From Macrostomum lignano (lineage: Eukaryota), in contig NIVC01000592.1 in the NCBI GenBank assembly GCA_002269645.1, positions 434,001-498,000 on the forward strand: DNA of 64,000 nt, written 5' to 3'. Below the pieces are notes generated by a model, which did not search any database, was not told the origin of the DNA, and saw only the letters and a program-made list of their open reading frames with translations. A program made the translations under genes and the position numbers. Positions 40,281-51,577 of the stretch are shown piece after piece; the stretch's first letter is position 1; every line of letters begins with the position of its first letter.

Positions 40281-41677
40281 GAGTTGCCGGCACCCAATCA
40301 CAGAGCTGGGTGAGGAACATTAGCCCCATTCTAGCTTGTACACCCGGAGTTGCCGGCACCCAATCACAGAGCTGGGTGAGTAACATTATCCCCATTCTAG
40401 CTTGTACACCCGGAGTTGCCGGCACCCAATCACAGAGCTGGGTGAGTAACATTATCCCCATTCTAGCTTGTACACCCGGAGTTGCCGGCACCCAATCACA
40501 GAGCTGGGTGAGTAACATTATCCCCATTCTAGCTTGTACACCCGGAGTTGCCGGCACCCAATCACAGAGCTGGGTGAGGAACATTAGCCCCATTCTAGCT
40601 TGTACACCCGGAGTTGCCGGCACCCAATCACAGAGCTGGGTGAGGAACATTAGCCCCATTCTAGCTTGTACACCCGGAGTTGCCGGCACCCAATCACAGA
40701 GCTGGGTGAGTAACATTATCCCCATTCTAGCTTGTACACCCGGAGTTGCCGGCACCCAATCACAGAGCTGGGTGAGTAACATTATCCCCATTCTAGCTTG
40801 TACACCCGGAGTTGCCGGCACCCAATCACAGAGCTGGGTGAGGAACATTAGCCCCATTCTAGCTTGTACACCCGGAGTTGCCGGCACCCAATCACAGAGC
40901 TGGGTGAGGAACATTAGCCCCATTCTAGCTTGTACACCCGGAGTTGCCGGCACCCAATCACAGAGCTGGGTGAGTAACATTATCCCCATTCTAGCTTGTA
41001 CACCCGGAGTTGCCGGCACCCAATCACAGAGCTGGGTGAGTAACATTATCCCCATTCTAGCTTGTACACCCGGAGTTGCCGGCACCCAATCACAGAGCTG
41101 GGTGAGTAACATTATCCCCATTCTAGCTTGTACACCCGGAGTTGCCGGCACCCAATCACAGAGCTGGGTGAGGAACATTAGCCCCATTCTAGCTTGTACA
41201 CCCGGAGTTGCCGGCACCCAATCACAGAGCTGGGTGAGGAACATTAGCCCCATTCTAGCTTGTACACCCGGAGTTGCCGGCACCCAATCACAGAGCTGGG
41301 TGAGTAACATTATCCCCATTCTAGCTTGTACACCCGGAGTTGCCGGCACCCAATCACAGAGCTGGGTGAGTAACATTATCCCCATTCTAGCTTGTACACC
41401 CGGAGTTGCCGGCACCCAATCACAGAGCTGGGTGAGGAACATTAGCCCCATTCTAGCTTGTACACCCGGAGTTGCCGGCACCCAATCACAGAGCTGGGTG
41501 AGGAACATTAGCCCCATTCTAGCTTGTACACCCGGAGTTGCCGGCACCCAATCACAGAGCTGGGTGAGTAACATTATCCCCATTCTAGCTTGTACACCCG
41601 GAGTTGCCGGCACCCAATCACAGAGCTGGGTGAGTAACATAGCCCCATTCTAGCTTGTACATCCGGAGTTGCCGGCA
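40281..41677. repeat. 66-bp minisatellite, ~21 copies, two variants in a higher-order pattern
   Basis: Unit gagttgccggcacccaatcacagagctgggtgagkaacattakccccattctagcttgtacacccg. Confidence 0.98.
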
Positions 41678-43025
41678 GGATCAAGTCACAGTGTCAGGAG
41701 CTTAAACTGCATTTCATATTTATACACATTTCATACATTTGTACCTGAATTTTGTGTTCACATATAGTTAATTGCGATTCTTGAAGCGCTTGCTAATGTA
41801 GAATTTGCTCTGTTGCATTGAAACCACTGCGCACACCCTTCAAAGGCTGAAAAGGTGCACTGCTTAAAAGCAGGGAGATGGTGGCTAATTACTGAGTGGT
41901 GGTGAGCCTCTCTGTCTCTTTCTTTCTTCAAGCCTTCCCGTCGCTTTAGGCTCCCTCAGAGGTTTGGTGAATAATTGCATTAGCGTCCTGCAGCAGCTCT
42001 CTACACTGCAGTCCGTGGCTATCCGGTCCCGCTATCTCTCTCTGTCTTCCCGCACCGCCCCGGCTCCCGAATTCTTCACAATTCAGCACTCCCTGTAGCC
42101 CACCCAGCGCTCGCTGGAGCGGAATGGGCCCAGGTCCACGCTGGGATTAGTAACAGGCGTCAGCCAGAAAGATCCTGGCGCGAACAAGATCCGAAGCTGC
42201 GCTATCCGCCGCCGTCATCTTCTTTTCTTTGCCGGTAATTCCGGGTATTTTTGGCGCTTTACAAGCCTAGAATTTATGAGGCCCGCCCGATCTTTACAGA
42301 AGCTGCCGTCTGAAGCCAAATGTTCAGGGCCTTCGGTCTGCTGCTGCTGCTGCTGCAAGAAATGACAGACAGATTTATTTTGGCAAAGTTCTGGACAATT
42401 TCCTTTTTTAAAGTGGTTTCTTTAAACCAGCTGCTGTCAGAGAACTGCTTAGCAAAGAAGTTAAGAAATGCACGGAATGATGAAGCGCCGGCTTCAGCCA
42501 GCAGCAGGCAGTCAAAACGCCAAGTACGCCGTGTGCAGCGGCGGCATTCACCGGCTGTGGGCAGTAGGACTCGGCGCCGACAGCGCAACAGGTCGTGTTT
42601 GGACGGCCCGGTTCGGTCTTGAAGGCCGAAGGCCGACAAGATGCCAGGCGCTCCGTGGCGTTAGCAATGCAGTCGCTGGCGTGACCTCAACGGAGGGGAT
42701 TCCAACTACAAATCTGACGAATTCTAAATTAAAAAATCAGGCAGTCCAACCGGTCGGAGAAAACAGTGTCGATTTACTGTAGTACAGGCCCCAAACAGTG
42801 TAGCTTGCATTCCTTATAGTTCGCAATCAATAACTCAAGAGCTCCAGAACTCCAGTAAAAAGTCTGTCTCCTTACTCAAGTGTCGCTGAAATTATAATGA
42901 CGCAAACTTTTAACACAACGTTTATATTGTATTTTGCATAAGCTGCCAAACTGAGTTTGTGAACCAAGAATTGAAAACGTAAACAACATAACTTTGTGCG
43001 GCGTGCTGCAAACCCCCCCATTCCT

Positions 43026-43829
43026 CTATGACCGCATTCTCGGCATTGTCTCAAAAGGATGGCCAATCGAGGCCTTCTGCAACTCTGCGATGAGATCGTG
43101 CAGCACGGGAGGCTGGCCGCAGTACCACAAAGAGTAGACCAGCTGCCCGTTGATCCACACCTCTAGCACGTCCTTGATGGGCACCATCACCATGTTGAAT
43201 TTGATCCGACCGATCAGCTGGCTCGTGGCCTGATTCACCAACCGCTTGAAGATGCTGGTGTGCTCCTGATCACTGTAGATGAAGCAGCATTGCACCTTGC
43301 TGAGCTCGCGCTCTTCCACTCTCTTGTCGGCGATCGTCCTCTCGATGATGCCCAACAGAGCGTCCGCCTGCGGAAAGACGCCCTCGATGATTCGGCTGAA
43401 TACGAGCCGCTCGGACTTGCTGGAGGACGTGATGCCGATGTAGACATCAAACCCGGCATTGGTCGGGCCCTCCTTTCGCCGAACGTCCACCAGCTTGCCG
43501 AACCTCTGCCGGATGATGAACTCCAACTTGTTGTAGTGTTGCACGTGGCTCTTGTAGAGATCCTGCAGACAGAAGGTCACAAGCACCAGGCTGGTCTTGT
43601 CCGAACCGCCGCTGTACTTTTCATTGAGGGACTCGCCATGGATTAAGGTCGAGTTAGTTGAAGTCAGCGAATCCGTCGACGTTTGTGAGTAGGATTTCTC
43701 TTCACTGGAAAACGGACACAGCGAGTCTACTGATTTCCGAGCATTGTCATCTCTGTCACTGAATTGCGGAGCTTGTGATATCCGGGTTTTTCTTTTGCCA
43801 CGTCTAAGCGGCGGATTCGGGTTCTCCAT
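43026..43829 (-). CDS. Intronless 267-aa protein with two tandem Rdx (SelW/MIEN1-like) thioredoxin-fold domains
   Basis: Domain 1: LVTFCLQDLYKS...GFDVYIG..RLVFSRIIEGVFPQADAL. Domain 2: FIYSDQE...LEVWINGQLVYSL..PP..DLIAELQKA. Both resemble SelW (VYCGAUGYKS) and MIEN1 (FEIEINGQLVFSK..FP) as recalled. Confidence 0.8.
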   Translation of the reverse strand: MENPNPPLRRGKRKTRISQAPQFSDRDDNARKSVDSLCPFSSEEKSYSQTSTDSLTSTNSTLIHGESLNEKYSGGSDKTSLVLVTFCLQDLYKSHVQHYNKLEFIIRQRFGKLVDVRRKEGPTNAGFDVYIGITSSSKSERLVFSRIIEGVFPQADALLGIIERTIADKRVEERELSKVQCCFIYSDQEHTSIFKRLVNQATSQLIGRIKFNMVMVPIKDVLEVWINGQLVYSLWYCGQPPVLHDLIAELQKASIGHPFETMPRMRS

Positions 43830-44426
43830 GCTAGTCTGGCAAGTGCCACTCGCATTGCTACTTAGTGGTAGAATTACTCACTTTGTTAATTCGCGGCGCT
43901 TGCCAGTAATAAGCTAATCACTGGGTCTCGAGACAGAGAGCAAACGAAGAAGGCTTGTCTTCAAAGCGTGTTCTATGGCCCAGCCTTATAGGGGCGTCAT
44001 ACTAGCCCCATATCATTCACTAACGCGATGATCGACCGCGATACGACGCTATGAGCAGCGCTCGGTGTCGCCACGCCAGTCACCACGGCATGTGGGACTA
44101 CGAAAAAGACTTTTTTATTTCAGAAAATTAGCTGCACGTAACGAATCTGAGTCGTTTCGCCGAAAAAATCTTCGCAAAAAGTCGTTTTCTCAATAAGTAC
44201 GAAAGTACGAAAGGTTTTGCTCTAGATAAATTAGCGTTTTCTCTTGTCTTTGACAAACAAGGGGCAACAACTTTATATTGCTGCGTATCTAATGATATGC
44301 CGTCGCTATTGTTTTTTTGGAGCAGTGGAGCGAAAGATGTGTTTGATTTTTTTCAACAGCCAATATTTTTAGACGTCGACAATGATGGCAAGTCAATTAG
44401 CATGCGCTATATTCCCGTACAACAAT

Positions 44427-44524
44427 CCGACGTCGGCCGACGTCGCACCGACCTCTGTCCGACGTCGTACGACGTCTATGTAACATTACGTGTTTCCTAT
44501 TGGTCGGACGTCGGGCCGACGTCG
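44427..44524. repeat. CpG-dense inverted repeat built from GACGTC palindromes (MITE-like remnant)
   Basis: Six GACGTC at 44429, 44439, 44461, 44471, 44507, 44518; left and right arms are near reverse complements. Confidence 0.7.
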
Positions 44525-44769
44525 AAGTCGTAGTCGAAAAATAAAATTCGCGCTGCTTCAACATTTATTTTCGCGGGATGAATTGGCAAGCAATATTATC
44601 ATGCATTATTTCATTACTAAGGCGAATTTAGGGCGATGTTTTCTTGAAGTCGGAAAATTAAGATTTTCGAACAGTAATTACATGTAATAGTAATAATAAT
44701 ATCTAATTACAATTTGCCCAATTGGGCCAGATGTGCAACTGACAGCTCAGTCGCAGCTATTGCTCGGCG

Positions 44770-45008
44770 CATCATCAGAAGGCTGCGTAGTATAGTACAT
44801 ATATAGCGGCTGCATGTTCAGTGCAAGGACTGGTGTCGCCACACACCCTCAATACCCCAGCTAATGCTGATACCAGTTTTACATCTGGGTAAACCGAAGC
44901 AATGCAGGGTTAAGTGCCTTGCTCAAGGACACAAATTGTTCCAGTGGTATGGGGAATCGACCTTCCCACCTTCAAGTCGTGGAGTCCGACACTCTAACCT
45001 AAACCCAT
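44770..45008 (-). mobile_element. tRNA-derived SINE
   Basis: Minus strand: A-box-like GGTTAGAG (44999-44992), B-box-like GGTCGATTCCC (44962-44952), then GTGTCCTTGAGCAAGGCACTTAACCC (44932-44907), a segment common in central domains of metazoan SINEs. 3' boundary approximate. Confidence 0.7.
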
Positions 45009-45434
45009 AAATTCGATTAAAATTATAGCTAGCCTATAGGTTGTAAGCCTAAAAATAAAAATTATAGAAACAGTAAAAATATTTACCAATATTGACAAGT
45101 TTTAAGCATCAATTGATTTCTAAGCTCAAAAGCATGAATTCGGTATGCATATAAAACTTAAACAAAGTTTCGGCAGAATCAGATGAGCACAAATGCGCAA
45201 TCAAGACTCTAGCTAGTGTTAAAAGTATTGTGTATACAGGTTCAAACTTTTGTTCTTACCAAAAGAGCAAGCGGTCAATATCACGAAGAAAGAAAAAAAC
45301 TAGACATTTTGAACCTATATTTTTGTGCTATTAATAAATATTGACCGCTATCTCTAATTCTCTAATTCTATAATTACTATAGAATTATAGATATAATTCT
45401 ATAATTCTCTAATTACTAAATCTCTAATTCTTCT

Positions 45435-45453
45435 TCTATATACTAAAAATGAA
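45435..45453 (+). mobile_element. Helitron-like 5' terminus (partial)
   Basis: tctatatactaaaaatgaa nearly matches the Helitron start at 59583; no matching 3' end found. Confidence 0.4.
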
Positions 45454-45806
45454 CCTCGTTAGTTGACCGACTTTTCATTAAATTCATACTTTTAACGATT
45501 TTCGCAAATTCAGGCAACGGGGATGATGCAATAAAAATAATAACTTCTCATTAAATGTAACTGTTTTTTAGCTAACTTTTTTGAGTTTTAAAGTTTATTC
45601 GAGAAAAAATGAATTATTGATGAGGGTGCTTTTACTGAATATATATTCACAAAAACGTAAATTTAACAAAATTTGCTTAGACAAAATAAAGCCGTAATGT
45701 ATTTTTAATTAAAACCTAATTTATGAAAATAAAAAAAGTTTTTAAATTTGTTAGCAACATTTTTTTAATCAAGTCTTTGAAGCAACCATGTGATTATTCA
45801 TCATGT

Positions 45807-48072
45807 TGTGGTAGGCCGGTCTACCACTGGGAGGACGACAGCAATCTGTGACGGCTGACGAGACGGTTCTCCACCGGCTGACGATTGACGTCACTTTTGC
45901 TCCTCTTTGTTCCCTCGCCTGTTCCCCCGGCTGTTCCCTCGCATGTTCCCCCGGTTGCTCCGTTCGGTGCCCCACCCTTTTGTTTGTTTGTTTTAGTGTT
46001 TCCAGCTGCCGTTTTTCCCCTTTTCCCTCGAGTGACCGACCCACTTGCTGATCCAATTGGTGCCCCACCCTCTGGGAATTATCTGTGCATGGTATATATA
46101 TCCTGTGTGTTTAATCAGTTTCTCTCATGCTTCCTTTTCTCCCCTGCTCCTTTGTCTTTCCGTTTTGTTTGCGCTCCGTTCATTTTTAGCGTTTGTAGCT
46201 CTCGGTTTAATAACTTGATCCGTGCTTGATATTTAATTTCTTTGCCTACTGACTCGCCCCTCGGCTCCGCCGAATCGTCCCATCGCTGACGTCAGCCTGC
46301 AATAACAATTATTTATAAATAGACTTTTGTTTAACTTAGTGTTTTATCCAGCTATAATAATAATAATAATTACAAAACCAACTTATTTATTCATTGTTCA
46401 TTGATCGAAGCCTATAGTTTCTATTGAGTCATTTGCCCACGGGGCGTAAAACAATCTATTGTCTCATCTCAAAGAAAGGTCTGAGACCCTCAAACGTTCC
46501 GTAATACGAAATTACGGTGGTGGCAGCGCTACTTAACTACTGATAGTAACCTGCAGTTACGCAAATCGACGAACATTGGAATTTACGGTGTCAAGACCTC
46601 TGTGTCCACAATCTGAACGACCGTGCCTGCTAAAGACCGCTCGACTGCGATTACGACTACCCTCCCCCCGGAATCGAGGACCCGACAGACGGAGTATCAA
46701 AGGAGAAAAGCAACCCGATTCAGTTAGTGAAATTTTCCGGCTTTACGATCGCTGAGATAACGCAGGCGGCGATTCAAAGTTAGAATCCGCCCCACCATTA
46801 ATGTCATGTCATGTACAGTTAAATTTATTTACCTGAAATATTCAGCATGTTTTATATATATACATGTATAGCAGTAAAGTACTGAGTCCGCGTATTCTTA
46901 TTCCCACCATCACGATTCACGTCCTTGGTACGGTTCCTTGGCGCATTTCTGCAGAGAAGTTTCTATTTCTATAGAAAAAATTTCTATTTAATGACCATAA
47001 GTCGTTAGATGGTTTTTAAGGCCTTCAAACAGAATATTTACATTTATACAATAATCGCCAAATATTATGAGCAATCCTTATACTCGATATTTTTTCATTG
47101 ACAGATTAATGCATACAATCTATTGCATTTTGGATGAACCGTTGTTTGCATCAAAGCCATACGGTACCTGTTTTTAATCCATCCGTAAAAACCGCAAAAA
47201 AACCCTATGCGCTCTTTCAAATTTTATATTCTATACAATTTTGTTGTCATCTAATTAATATCTACATAAATTTACTTTTATAACGTAAATACTAAGCTGT
47301 TTTGTGCAATACCGCCAACTACATACATAAATTTCACGCAATACTTTTTTTAACTCCTTGCTTTTTCTTTCGCTTCGTTAGTCGTCCAAGTATCGTTAAT
47401 AACATTTCCGCGTTCTTTCAAATACCATATTGCAAAACTTGTACTAATCGTAATTAAATAACTAGTGCTAAAATATTGTCTCCTATTCCTGAAGTAATAT
47501 TAAATACAGAAATATATTGGCCAAACAGGCTTCTTGCCTGAGCCAACTTACTTTACTATTAAAGTGGTCACTGGTCAGATCGTCATATTCCATTTCGTCA
47601 TATCGGATGACGAAGTGACCAGAAGCAAAGTAGCTTGAAAAATAATATGACGAAGTGACCAAATATTTAGTTATGCTGAATACTTCGTCATCAACCAATC
47701 AATCTGTGCGTGATTCGAATTAGTGTAAACTATTTTTTTTAATAACTATAAGCTGCGGCAAGCAGAACCGATCGATCGACAGGTTTTATCAATTGAGGTG
47801 ACAAAATGACTAGGATCATTAGGATTCCAAGTAAATATATTTAATTGCCACAATAATTCACTTGAAGTTGGAACTAATATGATTGGTGGATGACGAAATG
47901 ACTCTCTTCAGGTAGTGCATGTTAATTAAGATGACAAAGTGACCATACGTCGAGGTGAGCATCCCAGACACCCAGATGACGAAATGACTAGGAACCCATT
48001 AAGTTAGTGTTGGCAGCATCCTACGACTTACAAATCAATCAATTTATTTATTTTCTTCTCACCCCCACCTCA
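45807..48072 (+). mobile_element. Solo LTR related to the Gypsy LTR at 54221, interrupted by ~1.3 kb of inserts
   Basis: Starts tgtggtaggccggtctaccactggg and ends ttttcttctcacccccacctca; perfect 4-bp TSD ATGT (45803-45806, 48073-48076). LTR similarity breaks at ~46747 and resumes at ~48020. Confidence 0.85.
47565..47997. mobile_element. MITE-like insert with imperfect TIRs and repeated GACGAARTGAC motif
   Basis: Left tggtcactggtcagatcgtcat versus reverse complement of right end gggttcctagtcatttcgtcat; about six subterminal gatgacgaa(a/g)tgac copies. Confidence 0.5.
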
Positions 48073-50171
48073 ATGTGATGTGACCATGTGATTTTTGCTT
48101 TGCTTTTATCACTTGCATTTTTTTCATTAGGGCTTAGCGGTAGGCCTAGCATCAGCTCTTTTGCCATATTGCAAGGTAGAAAATGTCAATTGCCTATTTT
48201 CTAATCCATTAGAGAAATAATTAATAAATAACCTACTTTGGAATTTGGATAAGCTAGCTTTTTATTACAATTGTGAGTTATTGGCCATTCCATTGTCACG
48301 TTTGGGCAGTAGTAGTAGAAGCTATGACTTTTAAGAGGGCCGTTTTAACGAGAGTTGTCATTGTAGTCCAAAAGGAAGGTTAATTGAACAATGGCAGTGT
48401 AGCGGTTTCGTGTAGCGGTAGCACTTAGGAGGAAGAGACTGATGATTAATTAATGTTGAAGTCATGGCTTTATATTTGTCTCTTTGAAATATTAATAGTT
48501 GGTACAAAGCAATAACAATATGGGCACTGGCGGCTGCAACAGCGAGTTAATGATAAGATGAATTGGCGATGGGGCAATGGCAGTGAGTAGAGGTCGTGAG
48601 TAGACAGAATGGCAGAGAGCTGGCGTTAGCCGTGGTAGAGTACAACTTGGCAGAAGAGGCATAAACAGTCTGGCTGGCAAGTGGAGCCGTGGCAAGAGAG
48701 AAGGAAAACGAGAAAGCGCAGGGAACGCTAAGTGAGAGAGCCAAGGAGAGAAAGTGAAGACCCCCCAGCCCGCTGCCAGGCGGGGGTTAATAAAGAGTGC
48801 AGAGGGCTAGCATAATACATGCGGAGAATTTTCATTGGCTGGCGAGAGAACTTGAAATTATCGATCGTGCTAGATTTTACAGACAAATGCGAGGTCTACC
48901 AAATACACAGTGAATTAGCAATTGATATAGATTAGTTGCATGCTACTACAAATAAACATTAAAATAAACTATTGGAGAATTTTAAATGAGAAATTGCAAG
49001 GAAAACTGCAGTCCAATGGCCTTTTTGCGGGACCACTTAAAACTAGCAACGTCACACCATTGTCTTACCTATGCATTATCTTGTCTACCTACTACCTCTA
49101 TTCTACTAGACCTACTAATACTAACCTAAATAACTCTAACTGCTAGGCCTACCTTATGTTAGCCTATGTCATTAGTTATTTGTCAATCATTTACTATTTA
49201 GTATTTAGGCCTGTTGCTATTTTATTTTATGCTATTATATTGACTTTCATTGGCATTAGAGCAATGGATAATTTTATTTAAATTAAACTAATATATAGGG
49301 GCCTATACATGTTTTTTTGCAGTTTGTTCTAACATTCATACCAATTTTAAAATCTAGCTCAGGAAAGATTTTTCATGAAAATAAGTTTTATAGAGTAGGC
49401 CATAGTCCAGATCATAGCAGGGATACCAGAATAAAAATTCATGTTTTTTCCATTTTATGCCAATGTAAAATTGAAAAAAAATTTATGCTAAGCCCAGAGT
49501 TGCTTGTACACCAATTTTTTTTAAAAGAATATACATTAATATAAATAAAACAGTTTTTTTACTTAGCCTTGGCAGCTTTTTGCTGAAACTAATAGGGCCT
49601 ATTCTTTGTTTTAATTTTGTTTTTCTCATAAATTTCATAAATATTTTTTACTTTAGTTTCCAATTATATTTAAAAGAGCTTCTATTGGTTGATATTTAAC
49701 TACACAATTAAATTAGCCCTGACACAGATATTTATGCCAAAAATGCCAAAAACTATTTTTCTATGCCAAAAATTCTATATGCCAAGGGTACACCAAGATT
49801 GTCAGCAAGAACAGCCAGATTTTTCTAGCATAAAGGCTACCTTCCAGATTATTGCCTAGTGTCTAGCCTTTCAGGCTAACTATTTTTATAAGTAAAGCTA
49901 TGTCTTACATTTTATATTTAATGTTTTAAAAGTTTTTTTTAAGTTTGTTTTTTTGTGCCTAAATTATAAATTGGAATTAGTCAAATAGATTCTAAAATCT
50001 AAAACTAGGCCTTAGGCTTAGCCTATCTAAGATTAAATAGGCCTTCTTTATAGCACTTTTATTTAAAATAGAGAAACTATTTTTCTAATTTTTCTAATAA
50101 GCTGAATATGCTTTTTATTTTAAAAAGCTTTATTTTACTTTATATTGAGATGGAAAGCCTTTTTTCCATCA

Positions 50172-51577
50172 AATGGCAGCAAAGATTTTTGTGCTGCTTT
50201 GCGCATATATTTATATTTACACAAACTATACAAGATTCATAAAGGGCCTAGGGAGGTGCAAATAGGTAGCATGGCCAACCCCCCTGGCTTAGCAAGCCAG
50301 CTAGCCTGGTGCGCAACTACCCCACCTTAGCTAGACAAAGGTTGGGAGTTTTCAATGCAGCTGCACTGGTGCTACCTGTTATGTACAGTCTGGCTACCAC
50401 ATAGCCCCCCCCCTACCAAGCTAGGCCCCAAATGTTGGGCAGTAGCCAAGGCAGTGAGAGTGCTAAGAAGCAGATGCCAAAAGCCAGGTGCCAAAGACCA
50501 TGGAGTTGCAAAGGAGTAGGCACCAAAATCAGCCAAGTGCCAAAAATAGCAGAGGTACAGCCAGATCACACCTAAGGCAATTGATAGTTGCCACCATAAG
50601 CTGGGTCTAGGTTGCCACCAAAAACACAATTTTGGGTAAACGGCAGGAGTAACTATGATTGTCTTATAAGGGCTAAATGCTTTATTATCTAATTAGTACT
50701 ATTTCTATATTCTTTAGGCTGGGAATTTTTGCAACTTACCCTTGGTCCACCACAATTTACAGTGGCCAGATCAGCTAGGTCGGCCAGCAATTGCGCATGT
50801 ATGCTGGGGATGTTAGTCTAGCAGTAGTGGTGCTAACCTAGAATTAGTTGCAATGTGTGACGCTGGTTGGTCCAATATGGGGGCTAAAAGGCAAGACCCC
50901 AGGAGCTACCAGGGGCAAGCTGACTGGGCCAATTTGTGCTACAGGGTACTGCCATGGCTGCTAGGCTGCAATGCTGCTGGGCTGTGGTACTGCTGTGCTG
51001 CTATGTTGCTGTGTTGCTGTTGTAGTAGGCCAAAGCAGTTGGCTGCCAGGACTGCACAGGGCTGACCAGGTATTTTTTATTATTATTAGAGGCAGGGTGG
51101 TTGTGTGCACCCTGGTTGTTAGGCATGTACACTTCACTGTGCCTTGGGGGGTTGGCTCTCAAGGCCATTAATTGCATAAGCAGAGCCAAGCGGAGATTCC
51201 AATTCAGCCCCAAATTAATGTGACTGCACTTGGAATCAAGCCTGGGTTGCTGGCTGATGAGGTATGCCCAATGTTCCATGCTGGGAGTTGGGCTTACCAA
51301 TGAGGCAGAAGGCCTTTTTATTTCAATAGATAGAATGGCAGCAAAGATTTTTGTGCTGCTTTGTGCATATATTTATATTTACACAAACTGCGAGAGATTC
51401 ATGAAGGGCCTAGGGAGGTGCAAACAGGTGGTGTGGCGTGATAGGCTATGCCCACCCCCTGGCTTAGAGAGCCAGCTAACCTGGTGTGCAACCACCCCAC
51501 CTCAGCTAGACAGAGGTTGGGAGTTTCCAGTGCAGCTGCACTGGTGCTGCTAGCTGTGTGCAGTCTGGCCACCACAT
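50172..51577 (+). repeat. Dispersed direct repeat pair (~230 bp; 50172-50402 and 51334-51577)
   Basis: Alignable by eye at roughly 88% identity; differences are almost all transitions. Confidence 0.92.

Noticed and set aside
42050-42640. Overlapping ORFs on both strands (signal-peptide-like MFRAFGLLLLLL with dibasic sites; antisense FRAFLNFFAKQF...)
   Set aside because: No family motif and no convincing splice model on either strand; a small gene remains possible.
43026-43829. Possible selenoprotein (UGA readthrough)
   Set aside because: No in-frame TGA; the Sec-equivalent codon is GAT and the stop is TAG.
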